From: Patescibacteria group bacterium
Lineage (GTDB): Bacteria; Patescibacteriota; Minisyncoccia; Phycocordibacterales; UBA918
Length of the DNA stretch: 64,000 bases
Assembly (NCBI GenBank): GCA_019750255.1
Contig: JAIEOU010000003.1
Location: 19,350-83,349, forward strand
Reading direction: 5' to 3'
Shown here: in pieces, positions 58,616 to 64,000 of the stretch
Layout of the letters: the number at the start of each line of letters is the position of its first letter
Position numbering within the stretch: the first letter of the stretch is position 1
Notes under the pieces: generated by a model
Database searches by the model: none
Seen by the model: the letters and a program-made list of their open reading frames with translations, nothing else
Told to the model about the DNA's origin: nothing
Made by a program: the position numbers and the translations under genes

Positions 58616-58996
58616 ATGAGAAGTATGGGTATAGATTACGGTACCAAGCGCGTCGGCGTTGCTTTAACCGACGAGTCGGGGCTTATGGGCTTTCCTCATG
58701 GGGTCCTGCCAAACGATGGGAAGCTTCTCGCGAGCCTCGTGGCACTTATAGAAACAAAAAAAGTTGGGCAGGTGGTGCTTGGGCATTCGGTAGGGAAGGA
58801 CGGTCAGCCCAATAAAGTGCAGGCAGCCATTGATGAATTGATAACCGACCTTACCCTAGCTGTCGGCATACCCATTCACCTTGAGCCCGAGCATTACTCG
58901 ACTCAGGCCGCGCTCAGACTGCAGGGAAGAAACGATGCAACGGATGCCGCCGCCGCGACCTTGCTGCTTAATAGCTTTTTGGAGCGAACCAACTAA
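58616..58996 (+). CDS. ruvX: RuvX/YqgF family nuclease
   Basis: MGIDYGTKRVGVA, EHYST, DAAAATLLL. Confidence 0.92.
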   Translation: MRSMGIDYGTKRVGVALTDESGLMGFPHGVLPNDGKLLASLVALIETKKVGQVVLGHSVGKDGQPNKVQAAIDELITDLTLAVGIPIHLEPEHYSTQAALRLQGRNDATDAAAATLLLNSFLERTN

Positions 58997-59006
58997 CTTC
59001 CTCATT

Positions 59007-59339
59007 ATGGATACAATTTCATACGAACAATTTTCCGCCCTGGATATAAAAATCGGTCGTATCATAGCGGTCGAGGTGGTGCCCGAGGCCGACAAGCTTT
59101 TAAAACTCACTGTGGATGTGGGGGAAGAAACTGCTCGTCAGGTTGTCTCCGGTATCCGAAATTTTTTTGAAGACCCGCAGGTACTTGTGGGGAGGCAGTG
59201 TCCGTTTTTGGTAAACTTAGCCCCTCGGGTGATTAGAGGTCTTGAAAGTCAGGGAATGATCTTGGCAGCCGGCGATGGGGAATGCTTTGCACTGCTCCAT
59301 CCTCATCAAGATGTGCCTGTCGGCACCACGGTGCGGTAA
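59007..59339 (+). CDS. Stand-alone tRNA-binding OB-fold protein (Trbp111/MetRS C-terminal-like)
   Basis: LDIKIG.I, ADKLL, RQVVSGI, NLAPR.IRG.ESQGMILA. Confidence 0.9.
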   Translation: MDTISYEQFSALDIKIGRIIAVEVVPEADKLLKLTVDVGEETARQVVSGIRNFFEDPQVLVGRQCPFLVNLAPRVIRGLESQGMILAAGDGECFALLHPHQDVPVGTTVR

Positions 59340-59423
59340 GGGTGGGCACATTAAACGAAACGAGATGTGGGTTCAAGCCCTCGGTTGCGGTTAGAAGGAC
59401 GTATACTAAAGGCACATTCTCGT

Positions 59424-60518
59424 ATGAGCGTTCTTTCTTTTTTGTCGACATGTATTCCGCCTCCGCGCAGCCTTGCTTTGCCAAGTGTGGGTGTTGATAT
59501 TTCTGATACATCGATGAAGTACGTTGCTTTTGACGGTAGGCTCCGACCAGGGGCGAAGCAACAGCTACGATTTTGGGGTGACATCGATATCCCTGCCGAT
59601 GTACTGAGTCGTGGAGAAGTTAACGATGTGGCTAAACTGACGGCGGTACTCGCTGAATTTAAGGCTAAAACTGGGGCCGAATTTGTGCGCGTATCACTGC
59701 CGGAAGAGCGGGCGTATCTGTTTGAGACTGAAATTAAGCGCGACATACCGCTCGCTGAAATTCGAAATACCTTAGAGTTTCGACTAGAAGAAAACGTACC
59801 GATTCCATCACGCGAAGTATTTTTTGATTATGAAGTACTGCCTCACCATAGTAATGAACGGTCAGTGCAGGTTGTGGTAGCCGCCTATGCGCGAGACACT
59901 ATTTTGAAGTACCACGAGGCTTGTTTGGTTGCTGGATTAACGCCACTCTCGTTTGAAGTTGAGGCGCAAGCGATGGCTCATGCTGTAGTAGATAATAATG
60001 ACAAGGGGACAGTCATGATTGTCGACTTTGGAAAGACCCGAACTGGGGTGGGGATTGTGACAAACGGGACATTGATGTACACATCGACCATTGATATTGG
60101 TGGCGGAAATCTTTCGCAAGCGATGCGTAAAGTGCTTGGTGACCGTCCCGAAGAAGAACTTACCCAGATAAAAAATACGGAAGGACTGATCAGGGGCACC
60201 GATGATTCGCGCACACACGATGCCGTAATCACTACCGTGTCGGTGATTAAAGATGAGATTGCTGCTCGTATGCAGTACTGGCACGTAAAAGAAACACCGC
60301 ACCCTGCAAGGCGGATCAATACCATTATCTTATGCGGGGGAAGCGTTAACCTAAAAGGTCTGCCTGAGTACCTTAGTGAAACCCTCGGGGTTCCGTGCGA
60401 AAGAGCTAATGTGTGGCGCAACGTTTTTTCATTTGACGAAGAAGTGCCTCCAATAGAACGACGGTTTTCGTATGGCTTTGCCACCGCCATCGGGTTAGCA
60501 CTCCAGCGTGTCACCTAA
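59424..60518 (+). CDS. pilM: Type IV pilus assembly protein PilM
   Basis: GVDISD, VDFGKTRT, LCGGSVNLKGL, ATAIGLAL. Confidence 0.92.
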   Translation: MSVLSFLSTCIPPPRSLALPSVGVDISDTSMKYVAFDGRLRPGAKQQLRFWGDIDIPADVLSRGEVNDVAKLTAVLAEFKAKTGAEFVRVSLPEERAYLFETEIKRDIPLAEIRNTLEFRLEENVPIPSREVFFDYEVLPHHSNERSVQVVVAAYARDTILKYHEACLVAGLTPLSFEVEAQAMAHAVVDNNDKGTVMIVDFGKTRTGVGIVTNGTLMYTSTIDIGGGNLSQAMRKVLGDRPEEELTQIKNTEGLIRGTDDSRTHDAVITTVSVIKDEIAARMQYWHVKETPHPARRINTIILCGGSVNLKGLPEYLSETLGVPCERANVWRNVFSFDEEVPPIERRFSYGFATAIGLALQRVT

Positions 60519-60523
60519 TTACT

Positions 60524-61072
60524 ATGATAAATCTCATTCCTCCAGAAGCGCGGTCACGCATCCTTGTCGAATATTGGGTTCGAGTGGTGACGGCATGGCT
60601 CTCTCTCCTCGCGATTGCTGCAACGGTAGTAGGGGCGCTTTTGTTTCCAGCGTATGTACTTGTAACCTCGCAGGTAAAGAGCTCTGCCGCTGAAGCTGAT
60701 AAAGTTCGCGCACGAGTGGCTGAACTTGATACTACTACCAAGGTGCTCGATTCGGCTACTGAAGAGGCGCGAATGATTGTCGCCGCCGCACAAGAGCCCG
60801 TCCTTACGGAGGTCGTAGCGATTGTGGAAGGCTTGCTTCCGACCGGAGTTGAGGTTTCTGCGTATTCGCTCGCGCGACTGGGAGCTGGGGTTGCTCCTGT
60901 GGTTGTGCGCGGCACAGCGACTACTCGATCCGCCCTGGCAAGTTTTCGCGAAGGGTTGGTGAACCACCCGAAGATCGTAAAGGTTGATTTGCCAATCTCA
61001 AACTTTGCCAAAGACCGCGACCTTATTTTTACTGTTACTCTAACTATGAGTAGCACCACACCAGCACTATGA
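60524..61072 (+). CDS. PilN-like protein
   Basis: MINLIP motif, TM, coiled coil; follows pilM. Confidence 0.8.
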   Translation: MINLIPPEARSRILVEYWVRVVTAWLSLLAIAATVVGALLFPAYVLVTSQVKSSAAEADKVRARVAELDTTTKVLDSATEEARMIVAAAQEPVLTEVVAIVEGLLPTGVEVSAYSLARLGAGVAPVVVRGTATTRSALASFREGLVNHPKIVKVDLPISNFAKDRDLIFTVTLTMSSTTPAL

Positions 61073-61599
61073 CCCTCACACCCCGCACAAAACAATATTT
61101 CGTCTTAGCGCTACTGGTAGCAGCGACCGCTGTGCTCGCTGCACTTTATTTGCTTGTCCAGATTCGGGGGCAGGGAGCACGGCTCGAGGCGAATAGTATT
61201 GTGATTAATGAAAGTTCGGCACAGCTTGAAGCTACGACACGCTCGAAGCGCTTGATTGATGAAACCGAAGAAGAGCGGGCTATGCTCCGGCGGTCATTTT
61301 TCAAAGAGTCCTCAGACAGTCTTGATTTCTTGACGCAGCTCGAAACCCTGGCTCCGCAATTTGACCTTGAGCTCACCGAAATTATCCTTGAGGAGATAAG
61401 TAATCCGGCCACTCCAGGGAAAAGCGAAATGCTTTTTAGGTTTGGATATCGTGGGAGTAAATCAGCCGTGTTCGATTTCACTAAACTACTTGAGGTGTTG
61501 CCATATCACAGTCGTCTTCAATCCGTCACGCTCGAGTCAAAAAGTGACGAGGAGTGGGAGGGCCGGCTTGAGGTGCGTGTAACGGTCAAAACCTTATGA
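61069..61599 (+). CDS. PilO-like protein
   Basis: TM plus coiled coil, GS...VFDF..LLE.LPY; synteny. Confidence 0.72.
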   Translation: MTLTPRTKQYFVLALLVAATAVLAALYLLVQIRGQGARLEANSIVINESSAQLEATTRSKRLIDETEEERAMLRRSFFKESSDSLDFLTQLETLAPQFDLELTEIILEEISNPATPGKSEMLFRFGYRGSKSAVFDFTKLLEVLPYHSRLQSVTLESKSDEEWEGRLEVRVTVKTL

Positions 61600-62120
61600 A
61601 AATAACCCAAAAGAAAATCCTTCAAATGACGCGCAGCGTACTCCGGGGTGAGAAGTACTACGGTGAACATCTATTGCTGCACCCAACCCGGGAGTGGTCG
61701 CTTGGTATGCTGTGCTTCGTAGTGCTGTGTTTGGGCGGTTCCTGGTGGGCAGCTACTGTATATGTGCGCTATGTCGATGTGTCGACCCTTTTTGGTGAGG
61801 GAACCATAACGGAGGGGACAAAGTACCGCAGTGCCCAGGTAACACAAGCGCTCGAGGTCCTTGATTCTCGTGCTGTTCAGTATCAACAAATTTTGGGGCG
61901 CTACACCACCATGCCTGCACCGAGTGAGTCCGATGACCTAGGAGACAAGAGCGCGGCGACCGCTACGACAACCGAAAATGTTTCCGCTCCATCCGTGACC
62001 ACCACGGCTGATGTTCCAGCCTTAGATGACGAAATGGAAATTGTAGAGCCTGTAGTAGAAGAGGTGATACCTGTACCTGAAGAGGGTGTCGAACCAGGAG
62101 TTTCTACTTTGGTGTTTTAG
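61596..62120 (+). CDS. Membrane-anchored protein of the pilMNO operon, acidic tail
   Basis: Overlapping start/stop, HPTREW plus TM. Confidence 0.7.
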   Translation: MKITQKKILQMTRSVLRGEKYYGEHLLLHPTREWSLGMLCFVVLCLGGSWWAATVYVRYVDVSTLFGEGTITEGTKYRSAQVTQALEVLDSRAVQYQQILGRYTTMPAPSESDDLGDKSAATATTTENVSAPSVTTTADVPALDDEMEIVEPVVEEVIPVPEEGVEPGVSTLVF

Positions 62121-62123
62121 TTA

Positions 62124-62373
62124 TCTCCACGAGGAGTGTCGACCCTTACAAGGTCGGCTGTGCGAGCAAGTGTGGCGCAGGTTACTAAGTGTCCTCACTA
62201 GCGTTGCTAGCTGCGAGCACTAAGTACCTGCTGCCCCAGCTCGACTATTTTTCTCGCTAGTAAGGGCGAGAAAAATAAGTCTGCGCTTCACTCCCGAGCA
62301 CGGAAGCAAAGCAGTTTGCTTCCTAAACAAAAGACACCCTTCTCCCGAAGGGTGTCTTTTGTTTACTCGTGTG
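62124..62373. repeat. tRNA-Arg(TCT) downstream fold-back tract
   Basis: Long hairpin at ~62324-62365, several nested hairpins, degenerate direct copy CTCCACGAGGAGTGTCGACC at ~62125. Confidence 0.65.
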
Positions 62374-62445
62374 TGCCTCCACCAGGAATCGAACCTAGAA
62401 TAACGGCTTAGAAGTCCGCAGTTATATCCATTTAACTATGGAGGC
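62374..62445 (-). tRNA. tRNA-Arg(TCT), CCA not encoded
   Basis: GCCTCCA/TGGAGGC acceptor, loop CTTCTAA. Confidence 0.93.
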
Positions 62446-62483
62446 GTAAGTGAAGCATAGCAAAAAGTAGTGATAAAGAGAAA

Positions 62484-62755
62484 GGGTGATGAGGGCCTTG
62501 TCTCGGGGTCACAAATTCGCATGCGCTCATAAGTGCCCGTGGACGCAGCTCGCGGCTAAGCACGCTTTGAAGGCGTGCTTAGCAACGCTCCGCTGTTGAC
62601 CAATGTTCAAGGAGCAAAGCGACTATGAAAATGTAAGGTGAATTGCGAAGCAAGAGAAGATGTCCTGGGGTAGAAATACTCTTGTGGTGCATGTCCCTCA
62701 TCGCTCCAGAAAACGCAACGACGCCGACACTCGCGTGTCGGCGTCGACGTTTCTG
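62484..62755. repeat. tRNA-Val downstream fold-back tract
   Basis: Inverted copy GTCCCTCATCGC 62693-62704, direct copy GGGTGATGAGGGCCTTG 62484-62500 (15/17 identical), GAGCAAAGCGA at 62612. Confidence 0.8.
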
Positions 62756-62828
62756 TGGGCGATGAGGGACTTGAACCCCCGACCTTTTCAGTGTAAATGA
62801 ATTGCTCTACCAGCTGAGCTAATCGCCC
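62756..62828 (-). tRNA. tRNA-Val(TAC), CCA not encoded
   Basis: GGGCGAT acceptor, loop TTTACAC, GGTTCAAGTCC. Confidence 0.95.
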
Positions 62829-62913
62829 GGAATCGGTGCTTCTGGTAGGGAGTATAGTACCTGTTTTTCAAATAATTTCAAATCGTCTCAGTTGCGCGTA
62901 TACTGTCACCCAT

Positions 62914-63186
62914 ATGATGGAGCTGTATTGTATTGTTTCCGGTCAGGTACAGGGTGTGCGTTACCGCACGTACCTTGAAAATGCGGCGACCGAGCTTAAG
63001 CTGTCAGGGTTCGTTCGTAATCTCGGAGACGGGACTGTAGAGGTGTGTGCACAAGGAGAAATGGACGTGCTTAAATCATTTATTGAGTACATCAATGAAG
63101 GATCCCTACAGGCGCGAGTCGATGGAGTGGACGCTACTTGGCGAACCCCGCGCACAACCTATTATGAATTCTCGGTGTTACACTAA
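62914..63186 (+). CDS. acyP: Acylphosphatase
   Basis: SGQVQGVRYR, GFVRNLGDGTVE. Confidence 0.93.
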   Translation: MMELYCIVSGQVQGVRYRTYLENAATELKLSGFVRNLGDGTVEVCAQGEMDVLKSFIEYINEGSLQARVDGVDATWRTPRTTYYEFSVLH

Positions 63187-63204
63187 TCAACTACTTTCAT
63201 ACCT

Positions 63205-63885
63205 ATGACGCTCCCGACTTGTATTGGTTTTATTATGGATGGCAACCGTCGCTGGGCAGAGGCTCAGGGTAAAGAGCGTCTCGAGGGACACGCTGCTGGG
63301 GTGACGACGTTTGAAGAAGTGGTGCGCATGGTGGTTGAGAAAAAAATACCACACGCGGTCTTTTATGCGTTTTCCACGGAGAACTGGAAGCGCAGTCAGG
63401 TGGAAGTAGAGCATTTGCTCGGACTCTTTGAGCGTGGAATACAGCAGCTTAAAGCTAAGGTTCAAAATGACCTTGATCAGGTACGTGTCCGGTTCCTCGG
63501 ACGGCGAAGTGATTTTGGTGCGACACTGCAACGGCTTATGACGGAACTCGAAACCGAAAGTGCCCACCTGGCGGGAACAACCATATGGGTGGCCCTTTCT
63601 TATGGGGGGCAGGCCGAATTGCTCGCCGCCGTGAACGCAGCTATTGTAGAAGGGAAGCCTGTCGACGAAGAAGCCTTTAAACGTCATTTGTGGGGAGCGG
63701 AATTACCCGATGTAGATCTCCTTATTAGAACGAGTGGTGAGCACCGCCTGTCCAATTTCTTGCCGTGGCAGACAGCGTACAGCGAGCTGTTTTTCACCCC
63801 TACCCATTGGCCGGCGTTTACTAAAGACGAATTTGAGCGTATCCTCACACAGTACGCCGAGCGGCAGCGTCGCCTCGGTGCCTAA
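63205..63885 (+). CDS. uppS: Undecaprenyl diphosphate synthase
   Basis: IMDGNRRWA, FSTENWKRS, IRTSGEHRLSNFL. Confidence 0.97.
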   Translation: MTLPTCIGFIMDGNRRWAEAQGKERLEGHAAGVTTFEEVVRMVVEKKIPHAVFYAFSTENWKRSQVEVEHLLGLFERGIQQLKAKVQNDLDQVRVRFLGRRSDFGATLQRLMTELETESAHLAGTTIWVALSYGGQAELLAAVNAAIVEGKPVDEEAFKRHLWGAELPDVDLLIRTSGEHRLSNFLPWQTAYSELFFTPTHWPAFTKDEFERILTQYAERQRRLGA

Positions 63886-63892
63886 TGACTCT

Positions 63893-64000
63893 ATGGAACC
63901 CATCATAATTTTTGAAAATAACGACATCGTCGTGGTAAATAAATCAGCTGGTCTCTTGGTGCACGAGGATGGTTTTGACGATACACAGCCCACGCTCGTT
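63893..64000 (+). CDS. RluA-family pseudouridine synthase (partial, runs off the window)
   Basis: MEPIIIFENNDIVVVNKSAGLLVH. Confidence 0.85.
   Translation, partial: MEPIIIFENNDIVVVNKSAGLLVHEDGFDDTQPTLV

Noticed and set aside
50082-62755. Fold-back tracts as tRNA introns or split/permuted tRNAs
   Set aside because: Each adjacent tRNA is already complete, and the tracts contain only 3'-end fragments, with no D or anticodon arms.
1-64000. UGA-to-Gly recoding (code 25)
   Set aside because: Conserved genes are full length under code 11 and some end in TGA (for example the PilN- and PilO-like genes).

Overview
Core chromosomal window of a Patescibacteria/CPR bacterium, most like Parcubacteria (inferred from gene content; UGA is used as stop). 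It spans the probable replication origin (yidC-rnpA-rpmH / dnaA-dnaN with DnaA boxes) and carries housekeeping genes (rpsO, pnp, uvrD/pcrA, rsmA, PBP1A, tyrS, ruvABC, polA, holA, murE, rpsT, uppS). It also holds competence/type IV pilus genes (comM, pilB, pilMNO), a CPR-type T4SS-like cluster (VirB6-like, PrgI, VirB4, pilin), an MmeI-type R-M gene and six tRNAs. The most striking unexplained structure is non-coding: the 3' end of every tRNA is followed by a fold-back tract. These tracts contain inverted and/or direct copies of that tRNA's own 3' end, separated by hairpin cassettes, many from one ~60-70 nt family capped by a GA-GCNNAGC-GA mini-hairpin. Other notable items are a tRNA-Ser with an ACT anticodon near a tRNA-Arg(GCG), an LpxC-like protein lacking catalytic residues, a BacNav-type channel with a TLDAWSD filter, two promoter-driven candidate ncRNAs, twin CxxC..HxC microproteins and widespread leaderless-type gene starts. 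All calls are by eye from sequence motifs; no database searches were run.
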